In this document: one piece after another, positions 28,389-43,308 of the stretch | Layout: the number at the start of each line of letters is the position of its first letter | Position numbering within the stretch: the stretch's first letter is position 1 | Origin: Tubulanus polymorphus | Lineage: Eukaryota; Animalia; Nemertea | Direction of reading: 5' to 3' | Assembly (NCBI RefSeq): GCF_964204645.1 | Contig: NC_134028.1 | Coordinates: forward strand, 24,114,345-24,178,344 | Length of the DNA stretch: 64,000 bases | Program-made: the position numbers and the translations under genes | Notes under the pieces: model-generated | The model's input: the letters and a program-made list of their open reading frames with translations, nothing else | Database searches by the model: none | Told to the model about the DNA's origin: nothing

Positions 28389-29520
28389 CCTCGATTTTTC
28401 TGATTTTCTAGATTTTTCAGGTCAGAGGCCACCCTGCTCAGGTCATTGTGACTGGTGCCACTGTGAAAATCGCAATTGCTTTGGGTTCCATCATGTTATA
28501 AGGGGGGGGGGTGACCTGAGAGGGGCTTTGGGTGAACAAAATACCGTAGAGACTTTACTCATTGGGATAACATCACAATAAGTTGACCGTCGAATATCAA
28601 GCAAGTTTTAACAAAATCATTTTTAGGACGAGTCCACTATCTATTATGAATGGTGTGAAAACCCACAATTAAAAAAGTTAAGATAGACTTCATTATTCTC
28701 GGTGTTCTAGCGCAGTATTCTCGATGGAGTTCCTACGGTCGGTAGTCGCACCGTTTCTGGCTGAGCGAATACAGTTTTTATTTTCACATCAATTTCACTT
28801 TCGATTAGTTAAAAAGAAAACTCGTCGTAATTTCGGCAGCAGTTCGCGATAACATCGAAACCCGGTTATTTTCATCACGCAAAACGACTACGAACTACTA
28901 CGCAATCGATGCTTTTTAATTAAGAGATAAATTCATAGAATTTAAGCGATTTTGGCCCGTCCTACGCTTGCTTCCTACGCCGTTTATCTAAGATGAACGA
29001 AGATTGTATTTTATTAGACGGAGATATCGTGTTTACGTTTGAAATTAGAAACTAAAGACGCAGTAAGCGAAGATTGCCCTAATTATTTCAATGACTCAGG
29101 ATGAAATGCTCGGCGACTGTCGCTGTAACTTAAACTATTTTCTCCCCAAAGGAGACATCGTTATTCAAGTCTATCCTCTATTCCGGCGAAAACGAGAAAT
29201 TGCATTTTTTTTTTCGTGGAGAATTTCTTTTTTCGTTTTGAATCGGAAGCCGGCGCATCTTCACGAAACACTCGACTCAGTAACGCGCTAGCTTATATGT
29301 CATGTCGAAGTCAATTCGGATGAGATTTCATGTGAACGTTCTAAGATTACGGAAAGTCAGGTCTCCGTATAGGATCTGTCGTGTTCACAGCTTCAAATAG
29401 CTTTCAAACATAAATTTCAGGGACAAAATCCCATGGCCAAGAATGTTCATTTGCAGATACATTTGCATAGACTAAAAAAGTCTATGTTCTTGAATAGATA
29501 ACGGCTAATTCCTAGACGTT

Positions 29521-29935
29521 AGACGCCATCACGCGGGACGATTTGACTAGGGTCAATTGGCACGGATCAGGCTTGTACCTAATTAGAGCGTGTTCATACG
29601 CAAACACTCACTCGATACTAAACAATGCTACAGGGTCCAGTTCCACAGTTGTGAGTTAAGATTTGACCCTGGGTTAAAACATTGAAAATGAACTAACTTT
29701 AACTCTGAGTTAACTCTAACTCACAACTGTGGAACTGGGTCCGGGCCGATACTAAACAATGCTACAGGCCAATCATTTGGCCATGCTCAAAATTGGGCAC
29801 ACGCAAGGTCTGACGTATTTGGCCGGGCCAAACTTGGTCTGGCTCAAACACAGGCTTAAGCCCATTATTTGACATATGTGTGAATGGTTGGTCTGCGCCT
29901 AATCTGTTACGGCAAAATACTTGTGGATCTCGGCT
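29521..29935. mobile_element. MITE family A copy interrupted by a family B MITE (~29634-29742)
   Basis: Family A blocks lie on both sides of the family B sequence. Confidence 0.75.
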
Positions 29936-30378
29936 ATCAACAACATGTCCTTAGCTGACAACATGAATTAATGATTTGAATCGTATGTTTAAACTGTTTA
30001 TGCGTTTCTCGTGTCCAACTTCAGGTCAATCGCGATTACGAAAATGTAATCCGCTAATCAAATTTTCCACAGAGTGGAACGGAAAATCCATCGGAGAATT
30101 CCGACGAAAAACTGTCGTCACATATTTGCATATCGTGGAGAGATTATCCAAACAACGCCGGATTCTTATCAACGCCGGATACGGCTGCCTGCGCGAAAAA
30201 TATTCTACTCAGCGTTTTGGATATTTTCTACCGAGATGCCTAGGATCATTATCAGCCAGCTGTACGGTCTGTCAATAACACACAACCCAATGATTGGTCG
30301 ACACTGTATCCGGACGTGAGTTGAATAAAACGGAAAAAACGCAACCTATATACATATATATATATGTATATTTTTCTC

Positions 30379-30522
<144 letters not shown>

Positions 30523-30624
30523 GAGAAAAATGAAATCAGCTCTCAGTGTTCATCTTGCACTGGTTCACATATCGAAAATAGAAACGAACCTTTTTATCAT
30601 GTTTCACCCATCAACAATTTCAAC

Positions 30625-30870
30625 ATAAACCACGTGCTTGCGCAACCGTTTTCGAGCTGGTACCAAAATCAGCCCGCGCCAGATTACGCCCGGACCAAAG
30701 TTCACACTGGACCCAAATGGCTTCCTGGTTCGGGAGGTGACTGACCTCGCTTGTCACATCATCAATTTGATAGCGTTTTAGTATCAGTGAATGATCGCGC
30801 ATGCTTTCTAATCAGGCACTGTTCAGATTAGACAAGTTGATCCGGGCTAGTTTTAGAAGGCCCGGGCCCA
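30625..30870. mobile_element. MITE family A degenerate copy (further fragments at ~13861-13940, 17366-17475, 22700-22745, 34528-34645, 43800-43920)
   Basis: Shared gtgactgacctcgcttgtcaca / tttgatagc / tttctaatcaggcac blocks. Confidence 0.6.
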
Positions 30871-33800
30871 CAAGATAATAAGTATGGCATTTCTCGAATA
30901 AAGCTGCCATTTCATATTAGACTTCTAGCGCAGGTTCCCATCCTCGTTATTAGATATTTTTGAAGAACTACGTGTGGAAATAAGCAATTTCTGAAAGGAT
31001 GAGTTTCAGACTAGCAGGTTTTGACGATCTTTGACTCGGCGAAAAGGGTAACTTCAATGGGAAGGCAAGGGTCGGGACCCCGGAAACCACCCCCTAAGTC
31101 CGCCCCTGGCGTGACTGAAGACAACGCGAGCAAACGAACGATTCGTCATCTGGAATCAACCGCACGGCGTATAACGCAACAAAAACATGTAAGATTACGA
31201 CAGGCAGCGACGGCGCATATTATTCACCTTCGGACGAGAGATGTTGATTATGGGCAAAGTTTGCGGATAAATGCGCACAGGGATCAGCCTCGCGTAATGA
31301 GCTTTACATCTCTCGGGAGACCTATGAAAATGGGAAAGATTACACGGCTCGTGAATGAGAAAATCCACCGATGACAAAATCAAGACCCCGGATAACGAGA
31401 GACGTTGTCGCCGAAAGCTATAAAACTTTAGCGCGCGAATCACTTGCTGTATCTCTCTCTCTCTCTGTGCTGCGTATAAAATGTCGCTGTATATCTCCTT
31501 CAAACTCGGTGTTATCGCATTCGAAGGCTGCTGTCAAATTCGCGTCTGCTCAAAAACGACCGGAGAATGACATCAGATAAGCTGACGACATTGTGAACGA
31601 CGCAGTAGTCAGTGAGCCATTATACAGAAAAGAGGGACCAGAAATTGGAAAAAATATCTCAAAGTTTTATGTGAAGATTAAGCTCGAATTGAGATGAAAG
31701 CGGATGAGTTACTGAATTTTTTAATCTTAGCTTAAACGCAATTCGTGACCGACTTAATGACAATGCTTTAATTGGGTATTTCAAGGGCCAATAAGCGCAG
31801 GGACTCGTATTCTTATCATTAGTCCGACCAATATATCTTAACTGTGTATCAATCATTTTTCTCCCTGCGGAGAATTGATAACTGAGCTACCCTTAGAAGT
31901 CATCGATCAAGCCAGGTATGCCCTATTGCTTCGGGGTTGAGAGACAATCAAGGATAACACTTGCGCCCAGGGACACGGACGGCGTTAGCGCGCCGCGGAG
32001 CTCGAGGCACGCTCAACATATCGACATTTTAAATCATCCTCGATGCGACTCGAAAAGTGGAAACCTGCTCTATTCCACCGCTGACTACCAACAACAGTGC
32101 CTCGACATTTGAAGGGTATCTTAACATGTTCAGGTGCGACGTAGGAGAAATCTCTTAACCTTTTGGAAGACGGGATGAATTTTTATCCATCATTCTCAAA
32201 CACGACGAACATGAAATGATAAAAGCCTGCAGGCGACGATAGACTGCGTTCTTACTGCGAAATGAACTGGTGATATTCGGAAGTAAATTATCTTTCCTGA
32301 CAAAGATTGGACTTGAAACGTAATAGATTTCAGAAGAGCATTTTTCAAGGTTTGTCGACGGGTTTCTTACAGAAGATCATTTATATCTCTCATCATTTGA
32401 CGTCATATTCTAAGGTTACGAGCTTAGAAAGTTCAAGTTTCATTTTGTATTAACCGTGACGTTAGGAAGGAGAAATTCTTACCAAAACATCAGGAAAATA
32501 GAATTCAAGAGTAATTGTTTCATTACTATATACCAGGTCCATGGCTTAGACTAAGGAACAGTTGAAGACCATGGTTCTAAAAAATTAAGACCAAGACCAA
32601 CTAATAACTCAAGACCAAGTCTTAAGATTTAAGATCACTTTTAAGGGGCCAGTTGAAGTCATAGCTTAGTTTAAAGACCAGCCCGGACCATATTGGTTCT
32701 ACAACCAATGTAACACCTTTATACAAGTCACAACTGTGCAACTGGGCCAAGAGTTCTCGACTATGGAACCAGCCCCCAATTTTTTAACACTAGTTTAATT
32801 TTCTCTTATTTGTTCATCAATCAGACTGCAACTATTATAAACTAATTTTGATCATCAAGTTTCCGAAAAAATTCAACATTCAAGTCAACATGTTTTTAAC
32901 AGAAGACGGTTTAAATCTCTGATCATTTGATGTACCAGTCTAGAACGTTCAAATTTGATTCCTCGTTTGAATTTGAACTTAAAAAACCTCGTCTCATTTA
33001 CAGCAGTCGCGATAGATTTATTCGGCATTTGCAGTTGTCAAAGGGCAGTTATATCTCATCAACAAAGATTTAGATTTATAAACACTTTCCTACCGGAAAA
33101 TCACTTAAATCCCCGATGATTCTATGGCATTTTTATAACCGCGACTCTCGTCGGTTGCGGCATTACAGAAGCTTTCAACAGATCGATAAAAGAAATAAAA
33201 CAAAATCATAAATTTCAAGCGCTAATATTTCACGGCGAAGCAGCCATTGCCGACGTAACGTACAGTTTGCCAATTCTACCCGAGATGGTTCTATATCCGG
33301 GCAATTGGCAATTCATCATTTTACTTAATACCGACTTATACTCGGCAATCGCAATTCGCCGTGAACGCGGCGCGGGTGAAGCACTGAGTAATCTGCTCGG
33401 TGAGCTTGATCAACAAATATACACGCGAAATCTACTTAAGCACGAAACCAACCGATACACGAACATATACGCATGCATCGCTCCCCGCGACGACGTATCA
33501 AACTCAATCAAATGAAAAACATCCGAGATTATTTCGCCTTTTCGATGCCGTAAAAACCATTACAAAAACGTTTTCATACGATGATGACACTACGTGTTTT
33601 AATATCTCATGGGTGAGTCGATATGTCATCAAAATTGGCGTTTATCTTGTAATTGAATATATTTAATAGCTCTTATCGGTCGGATATGAAATTCTGTATT
33701 ATTTCAATGAAGAACTTTAAAGGCAATGAGAATATTGCATGAAAGGACGCGCACTACGTCATCAATACCGGGCTTAGACTGGTTGCCAGTCAATTCAATT

Positions 33801-36800
33801 CAATTCAATTTTCATTATATCAAAAAAAAACTTTATTGAGCCTTTATGATATACAATTCATTTTTAACAATATAAGGCAATGTAGATGTTATATAATTAC
33901 AAGGCATCAATAAACTTTCAAGGTAGCTTTCTTGTTGCGAAGGTGAAAAAAAGTGTTTTGCCAACTAGGTGGCGTATTCATGAAGAGAGGACAATAGTTT
34001 ATAACCCCCTGAACAGATAAACAAATAATGATAAGAATGATGGCTTCTAAATAGAAATAACACGAATGATTAATTCAGGGCAATTCATTTCTCTTATCAA
34101 TCACCAAATATTTTGACATATTTCAATCAATCAGTTTTGCCGGAGATCATGTGCCACAGCACAGGGTTTTGTCATCCACGCAATATCTTCCGACTACATC
34201 TACCCCAAAACCTCACGCGCGAAATACAAGGCTCAATTCAGGTCGCTTAAGCCTAGCGCACATCGACACTGCGATTGGAGACAACTAGTTGCTACCGAAC
34301 GATTACCCCGCGCACATCGAATTCTTGTTACAACCGGTCAGTTGCAGCAACTGCATGACGCGTGTCGATCGTCGAAATCCAGAGCGCGCACATCGACGGA
34401 TACGACTGCGATTGAGTACAACCAGTTGCTCAAAAGTAGAACATGAGCAACTGGCTGGAACTGGAGATAGATCGACGCTTACCAATCGTAAGCTCGCTCA
34501 CATCGACACATTCGAGCAATTGATCAATAATTTGCCCATGCTAAAATTTGGCTCGGGCCCGGTCTGACGTTTTTGGCACGGGCCCATTTAACGCGCGGGT
34601 GAACAGTTGTTATATCACGGGACAAAAACACTCGCGCGATCGCCGATATTTCCTAACTTCAGAAATTTCACACAAAAATAAACTTTCTCGATTTATATTT
34701 GAACGGAATCTTCCGGTAATAGCTATTTCATAAACTCGACAATAGGCGGTGTAAATAAACCAAACCACCGAACAGTAACGTCGTCTTCGTCGTCGTTATC
34801 ACTTAACAAACCGATCGATCTTATGACATTCTATTCGTCTTACGAACGAACGTCATCAATTATAATTTCACCAATTACACGCTTAAACGACTGTTATTAA
34901 TTCTTTTCTGGCGACCGATCACTCGCTCGTTCGCGTCGGTCTCCGTAGACGACGAATAAATCTCCTTACCCGTCAAAATTTGGCACGCGTCTACCCGGCG
35001 ACGGGACGAGTCGGAAATTGTCACGTTCGCGAACGGTGAATATATCCGTCATTCGATCGCGTTCGGGTTTAGTTACGCGGCGAAACCTCCTTAACTCGAG
35101 CTTAACTTAAGAGTTGATAATTTTTCCGGGGGTTGATTAAAACGTCGGGGAAAATATTGACAGCATCGCCCGAAAACCAATTACATATCTGTAATGATGT
35201 TATGACACTAACTGTCAGATAGTCATCAACATCTAAGCCGCATCTGCTGTGATTGCATCGGTCAAACGGGTCAGCTTCTTATTATGAAATAATAACTGAA
35301 CTAATGACCTCTTAAAACAACCGATAGCAGTTTTTATAGTACATGTTCATTCATGAAAATAATCATTATAATTATTATTATCGATATAATTATTATTATC
35401 GATATAATAATTATTTATACTATTGTTACATTTTTGTAATTTACTGTAATTTTTGTGTTTATTTTGTGCTCTGTGTAATGTCATCATAATTTGTGGATAA
35501 ACTAAACTGAAACTGGATATAGATTATGTCATTCAAACGAGATTTGTTTCATGATTATCATCTACTTCACTTAACGATCGGGAACATTGTCTAAAGCAGC
35601 GATGGATTTCGTCAAATCACAAAAGGGCACTTTCATGTCCAAAAAGCAAAATTCTGGTAGCAATCCTGCACTGAAACGTGCCAATCATCTTTATTGACAA
35701 AACGAAAAAGGGCGCTCAAAATTTGATGAACTCGGTGCACAAGTCTCACCGGATGCACGGGATGCTTTGCACGGAAAATCTCTTCGAAGAACTTGTCACA
35801 TCCCAAATGGCACTTCGATAACCGTAATGACAATTCGAAATACGCTGAAATACATCGAATAAGGCACTCAAAACAAAATTTGATGGACTTAAGTCTCACC
35901 AGTCCCCCTGGATCGGCACCTGATTTCCTGGGAAAATCTGACGGACAAACGATGAAGTGATGCCGTATCTATCGAGACGTTTTTACATCCACTAAAAGGA
36001 AAGGTTACTTCTTCAGCGCCGGTATCGAACGCAACCCGAGAACGAACAATAAAACAGTCCCAGGTATCAGCAGTAGAAACACAGAGATCTGATCGATGTC
36101 ACGGTCGACTGGGTGAGATTTTCCGACTCACCGATCTGTCCGCTACGATAAGTCAATTCACCGGACATCGACGAAAATGGCTAGACACATATTAAAAGAA
36201 CATCCCCTCGAGACCAAACCTCACTCGCTATCAGACCATATTCTATATCATGAAAAATACTACATATCTTTATTAACAGGAATATGCCGTATATAGATAT
36301 GCTATTGATATTCTATGTTACAAAGTAAAAGGCTAACTTAGAGAGAATGCCTTTATATCTCTCTTAAACCTTTTTGACAATTCCAATGGGAAAGAGATCT
36401 TAAAGGGGAACATGGACATCCCCAGGATTTTTGAGGGGGTTCGAATTACCCAAATCTGCTAGATTCTTTCACACAATGCATTCAGGTTTTTTTAGACGAA
36501 AATCCTAGGGTCTTCACATTTTGGAGCACAAAGTTTCGAGTGGACTTCCTATAACTCAGCAATGATCATATGGCCAAAAAGAAAGGTGTATTTGCAGCCT
36601 GTCCCAGGGGGCACCCGTGGTAAACCAAAATAATTGGATTTTTTTTTCAAGTCTACACCATCATTAAAGGACACACGAACCTCGTAGTTAATCATTGAAT
36701 GAACTAACGATAGATTGAACGCCGATGATTCAAGGCGCTGATGATGAAAAGTCCATTGATGAAAACGATAGGGATTTTGATTATTGGATGTCGATGATCT

Positions 36801-36974
36801 GTCAAATCATAATCTAAAACGGTTCACCATTCAGTCAACGTTCATCAAGGCCAAATTACTACAACTTATCAGTTATCACATCACGTCCCTGTTTTGGAGT
36901 CACATCTCCATTTCTAATTCAATCTTCTAAGTAAAAGTCCTTGTCAGATAAGTCATCAAATTGCTAATGTTGTG

Positions 36975-37115
36975 TATATATATATATATATAGGGATGGG
37001 AGGGAGGGAGGGAGGGAGGGAGGGAGGGAGGGAGGGAGGGAGGGAGGGAGGGAGGGAGGGAGGGAGGGATGGGAGGGAGGGAGGGAGGGATGGGAGGGAG
37101 GGAGGGAGGGAGGGA
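36975..37115. repeat. (TA)n followed by (GGGA)n microsatellite
   Basis: Direct. Confidence 0.97.
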
Positions 37116-38479
37116 TTCATTGCTGGGCCTAATGACTTACAACTCATAATCAACCAAACATATATCACTAATTAGTACGACTATTCAGTTACGTGATTAT
37201 GAGTATTGATAAATCACTGTGTTGTAATTATTGATGTACGAACACAGCGGGCGCGCGGCGGGCGCGGGTGTCGACTAGAGCTTTTCAGCAGATAAGAGAG
37301 CAAAAATCATATTTCTTCACTTGTTTATGGATTTTCCGTATAGAAATCATTGACTACGGCTTTCCATTACAAGAAATCATTAAGAATGCTCAGCGTAAAG
37401 CTTGCTCGGAAAACAAATTTATCATGCAAGGGTTGTTAGAATAGCCATATTGCATAATACACTGAATGAATTCCGAATCAGTGGAACACCATAATTCTTG
37501 CTTTATTCAAAATATGAAATTCTTGCTTTAAGATGAACTACACGAATCCACAGCTTACTGACTAACTGATAATACAGCTAGTGATCTTTGTGGTGACGAC
37601 TTATCCAAATGACGACTTACGAATTGAATAGATTGGATTAGAAATACTAATCGGGACTTAAAACAGTAATTAGACGACTTCAGCGCATTCGGCTACAGTT
37701 TCTTAAAGCTTAAATCTTTGATCAAAGACAAGCCGATCTCCATCTTCCTAGACACAGATTGAGGACAAGGTTTCGCTCGGCGCAGTTAACTGTGACAAAG
37801 TGAAGTAGAACTGACCCTTGACGATCGAACAAACACGACTAGCATATCAATGGGTTGTATTAGAAATGAGCAAATGTGTGATATTGCAATTTACTTAATA
37901 AACAAAACAAACCGACAAACTGCACAATAACTAATGTAGCTTTTGCATATTAGCAGAACAAACTTCGATTTAGTTTACACAAGATTCCCGACAAATAACC
38001 CTCATATATAGAGACACTATATACTAAACACTGCCAGTACAATGACACGGGTTTACTGTTAGTTAACGGGGCTATCCGCGCGCGCGAGAAAAACCTGCTT
38101 CGTTCAAATCGATTTCCAGTCGGCGAATTCCGCAATTTATTACTACGAACTTTTGATTTAAATCTAGCAATCATTTTCGAATAACTCACCGCGGCGATCG
38201 TTCTCTAGTCTTTTATGAGACGTAAAGAGAAAACGGGCGAGTGTTTCGAGCGCGATCCCACGGTAAAATCAAACGACTATGAAAAGAGAAGTAAACGGAT
38301 GAAAGTCGCAATAAGTGGCTGAAATGTTTTCGCGAAAGGAAATACATTTCGATTTTAATTCGAACAAAGCTATTTCTTCGTACACGGAATGAATATTTTA
38401 TCGTACAAAACTCGCGCAATGCTTTCGCGAGGAAATTTCAACTCTGAAAAAATGAAATAAATCTGCGTTGAGGAATTAC

Positions 38480-39082
38480 TCTTAGATACCCCCGGTCCGT
38501 AAAACCGGGCCCGGGTTCAGGATTCATACCCTATGGGTAACTTTGATACCCAGTCTGGTTAAGATTTACCCCTATATGGGTAACTTTGAAAGCACGTCTA
38601 AAACCAGGCCTAGATTAAGGCTTTACCCCTATAGAGGTAACTTTGATAGCCACTCTTTATAAAACCGGGCCCAGGTTAAGGCTCTACCCTTGTAGGGGTA
38701 ACTTTGATATCCAGTCTAGAAAAACTGGGCCCAGGTTAAGGCTCTACCACTGTAGGGGTAACTTTGATATCCAGTCTAGAAAAACTGGGCCCAGGTTAAG
38801 GCTCTACCACTGTAGGGGTAACTTTGATATCCAGTATAGAAAAACCGGGCTCAGATTAAGGCTTTACCCCTGTAGGGGTAACTTTGATATCCAGTCTAGA
38901 AAAACTGGGCCCAGGTTAAGGCTCTACCCTTGTAGGGGTAACTTTGATATCCAGTATAGAAAAACCGGGCTCAGATTAAGGCTTTACCCCTGTAGGGGTA
39001 ACTTTGATATCCAGTATAGAAAAAGTTGGCCCAGGTTAAGGCTTTACCCCTCAAAGGGGTAACTTCGATACCCGGTCTATAA
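38480..39082. repeat. 60-bp minisatellite, ~7 well-conserved units plus degenerate flanking units
   Basis: Unit actttgatatccagtctagaaaaactgggcccaggttaaggctctaccactgtaggggta, visible in register on consecutive lines. Confidence 0.97.
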
Positions 39083-39689
39083 AAGCAGACCCTCATATTC
39101 ATGATTGAATGTCTACCGGAAATGACATTCACAGATTCAACAGTGTTCGTGTTAAACTGTTATTACCTCATTTCCAACTACGACAACTCGCTAAAAATAT
39201 CAATCGTATAATTACGATGATCATTATATTTAATTCAGCGACTGTCAGCTATATTTTCGAGCGGCTATTCGAATCGGCAGATAATAATTACATATCGTTT
39301 TACTATCGACAGATATCAATTTTCACGTAATTATCGTTTTCAAATTGCGTTATTCGAGACGAAGCGAATAGAAATTATACCTACGCGTAAAAAACACGGT
39401 GTAATTCAATAATTCAATAGCACAACGAATACGAACATCTGGAAAATTATATTACGCTCAAAATAATGCAGATCGTGACTGGAAATAAATCAATTTTGTG
39501 TTTATAATTCACTATTCATATTAAGCTATGTGATTCATATCTCTAAGATCTATATCGTTACTTATGCGGGGGGGGGGGTAACATGTGGGGCAGGGGGAAG
39601 GGAAGAACATGAAAGAAATGTCTCTGGAATATTCCACACGTCATGCAACAACAACACAGAAAAATATGTTTTGTCTCCAATACACACCG

Positions 39690-39828
39690 GGGCCAGTTGC
39701 ATAGTCATGGCTTAGACTTAAAGACCAGTCTAAGACCAACTTAGTTCTATAGCTAATCTAACAGCTTAAGACCAGTCTTAAGATTTAAGACCACTTTTGG
39801 ACTTAAGTCACGACTGTGCAACTGGCCC
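39690..39828. mobile_element. Harbinger-like MITE family D (TIR GGGCCAGTTGCA); degenerate copies ~32535-32780 and ~47420-47520
   Basis: Near-identical to 59034-59171; TIR gggccagttgcatagtc / gactgtgcaactggccc. Confidence 0.85.
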
Positions 39829-40530
39829 CAGACTACCTGCTATCTAATTGTAGTTATCTATCACCAAATATGAGACTAATTTTACATCAAAAATAGCTGT
39901 TTAATTGAAAATGAACTAAAAATGATTCTGATTTCGGGTGTATTTTGACGATGTTAGACGTAATCTCGTATAGTAACTACTCTCATAGTCGTCGTAGTCA
40001 CGTCTGCCAATATTACTGCACGTAAAAAACCCAGCTGTATCGCTAACACTAATAAATACACTGATATTGTAGATCGACTTGAAAATCCCTGAATGGATAA
40101 AAACCTGTTTCGCAATGAAAGATAAGGAGATGACATCTATTTCGAAGGGATAATAAAATTGTTATTAAATTGACAAGAGCCTGTCGGGTTTTTCAAAATT
40201 CTGGTCTTCATATGAATTTGTTGGGTTGACAGTAAATTCGATCTCGTCGCTATATACCGTCTACAGCTGGATATCTAGATTATAGGTCGGATTATAGAAC
40301 CTCGGGGAGACTATGACATCCAAACGACCAGTTCAGAAATAAAACTAATCTTACGAATCAATCAGCGACTTTGACTTCACTAACATCCGGTTATATACGA
40401 CCGTTTTATGGGTTTTTTTCCTCCATCGACTACAACAGAGGATTAACCCATCTATATCAATTGATCAGTCCTCAAAGATGAAGGCATCGAGATAAGGTTT
40501 ATCGCTCTGTATACATGAGTGTATACATGA

Positions 40531-40532
<2 letters not shown>

Positions 40533-40596
<64 letters not shown>
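40533..40596. repeat. (TA)n microsatellite
   Basis: Direct. Confidence 0.98.
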
Positions 40597-40602
<6 letters not shown>

Positions 40603-41741
40603 ATCTACATAAGCAAATCAGTATGTCACTGAAAAATTCTTATACCCTTAAGTGACAAGCATTTCAGGCGTAGGGCAATAACATGACAACGTTAACAATA
40701 GCTCTCTTGAAATAAAAGTTGATTTAACTAATGAAACAAGTCATTTTTTGTCGGGTCGCTCGCGATAAAATAGCTTTTGCACAAGTGCGTTCGAAACAAG
40801 GCTCGTGATACAGGGTATTATCGGTACCGAACGCTATGTTGACCGGAACACATTTACACACGTTACTATCCAAACACACTATACAATGTTACACCAAGTC
40901 AAACATATTCCACTATTGTCACGGTACGCAATAAACCTCCATATTTCATACTCTTAGACTTAAGCCAGTATAACGTGAGATACAGTTATGTCTACGCGGA
41001 GTTTAAAGCCGGGTGCAGATCGGCCCTGCGTCTGCCAGTGATAATCATGTGGCTAAGACACGTTGACCTACGCCCCCTTGGACTTAGAGCATCTCTCCCA
41101 GTCGCAATCGATATTAAACACTGCTCTAGCGACTGACACAGACCAGTCGCATACCATCATTGATAACCATGTGGCAGTCAACCCTCGAGTATCAAGGCAA
41201 CCCATGCCTGGCTTTACTCTCAATGAATAAAACTGAGATCAGCTCATTCTAATATATTTCGTTTTCTTCTTATAATGTTTTATTCTGTGCTTAAATGTAC
41301 TACTTTCCTTAAAGATCAATAAAGAATTGAATTGCATCGCAGAACTAGATCCTGAATTGTAAAGGCTGGTTTTGTCCGATCAAGGCCATCGTGAACCAAA
41401 ACATGAATTAATCGCCAGCTGTTTGACAGTGATGTTAGGTATCTGATACGTAGGATCAGTATTTCACATCGATATCGCAATTTCCCTAAGAATGCTTTCA
41501 TGCATTATTCCGTACGAATACCCGGTATCCAGCGCTTCCAACTCTCCATAACGAGAAAACAGGCACGAATTGAATTTGAAATTAGGCAAATCGAAAAACG
41601 GATAAACAGCGTAGTTAGACGACACGGTTTATAATCTATCCTTGGACAAATTAGGTCCAGAGATGAATGACCTAACAATGGTGTCTGGAAGTTTTTTTCT
41701 ATTCTAAAATTTATAAATACTAATTGGTTGGCTATAGATCA

Positions 41742-41870
41742 GGGGCAGCAGTAGCTTAAAGGTTGGTTGCAGATAACCGGCGGATAAAAACCAGAAAAAC
41801 AATGAACTTTTAATTGTCACGATATCAACTATCCACTGGTCAACTCTAACCAACTTTTGAGCAACTGGCC
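41742..41870. mobile_element. Harbinger-like MITE family C, uninterrupted copy (related shorter copy ~53385-53483)
   Basis: Reverse complement of the 8792-9140 host; CAG/CTG flanks. Confidence 0.75.
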
Positions 41871-43308
41871 CTGGAGGTGCAATGGTTAGGACCAAAAATT
41901 CATAAAGACTAGTCTTTATGAATTTTTGTTAGGACACAAACACAGTTCAAAGCTTCAATCCTAGGAAAGGGTTTGTGTTTGGTGAAAGAGGGGTTAAATA
42001 TCTAAAGTTTACTGGACAGTTGGTTGTAAGTTCCAGAGTCAATACTGTGGTAACTGGCCTTGAAAGCGATGATGCAGTCGATGAGACAGGGAGATATTCT
42101 TCAATTATTTGAAGGTTTCTCGCTTCGCCGACGACATCAGATCTATTACATATTTTCCGTGTTATTCGAGATTCCCGAGAGCTTTTTTCGCCGAGCGTCC
42201 AATTTCCTGGCGACAGTCGAACGAACGCAGAAACAAAATCACCTGCACACATCAGCGACACCAATTTAAACTGAATCCAGGCAGATTCTCGTACCGGTAC
42301 ATTTTCATTATATAAAACAGTACACAACAAAACTTGAAAGCAATGTCGATAAATTGGCAAATGTTAACATTTTGATATCAAGAACAATTTGACACAGCAA
42401 TTTTACTCGAAAGACTATCATTAACAATGAATCGTAAAGGCTATATCTTTGATTCAGAAATAAGAAAACGAATACTAATTTTTTTCATTCAGTTCAAATT
42501 CAAATTGATAGACCCCAATCTTCTCCATATGCTGCGTTTCAAAGGGGCTGCATTAATTGACATCGCAACTGCCGAAGTAGCAAGGCTTTTGATCCCCCAA
42601 AAAATGCAGAAACTTAAGCTTATGATTTTGGTGCAATCTCCTATTTCTGGTTACGGGCAACAAATATCTTAAAAGGGGTAGCTCATTTTTAGAAGTGTGG
42701 ATATAAAAATCCAGGGGGGCGTCTGCCCCTCTAAAACCTGTTGTGGAGAACATTGTTAGATGGACAGGTAAATACAGCAAACAGCAGGGCCTTGGTCATC
42801 GGCTAACGCTGCACATAATATTAAATCAAGACCATATTACAAACTTAATGGCATCAATGTTTAATGATATAAAGCTAATGAAATATTAGACCGTCAGCGA
42901 GTACAGCCGTCCTCGTCATCGTTTATTACATCCTGATTATTCATCCGAGCCAAAAACCATTACGGTCTCGTCAAATCATCATTGTTTCTAGTCTCGGCGA
43001 TATTAATGCGCGCGGTCCCAATCAGGCTCTATCGTCATGACGATGCCATGGATGGCGTGGGCGACGTACGCAATCAAGTTCGTCGAAGCTCAGGCTTAAT
43101 CTTCAGAAGGAAATAGCCATTTGGCTCGGCGCTACGCGGCGTTCGGCTTTCACTGAATGATTTTCATAAATTAAATGCTTATCACTCGATGCCTGACTTA
43201 CAGCGCAGACCAGCGTCGTCGAGAAGGAACAGATCAATCAACGCTAGGGTGAATATAACTGAACTAAACTTTCAGTTCTGCTGTCCTTCCGATAGACTAT
43301 AGCAGGCT

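Noticed and set aside
38643-39062. 139-aa repeat ORF / CRISPR-like array
   Set aside because: The ORF is a by-product of a 60-bp stop-free unit. There are no unique spacers or cas genes, and the context is eukaryotic.
40917-41275. Possible solo LTR (TGTCACGG start, internal AATAAA)
   Set aside because: No matching ...CA terminus, TSD or second copy could be identified.
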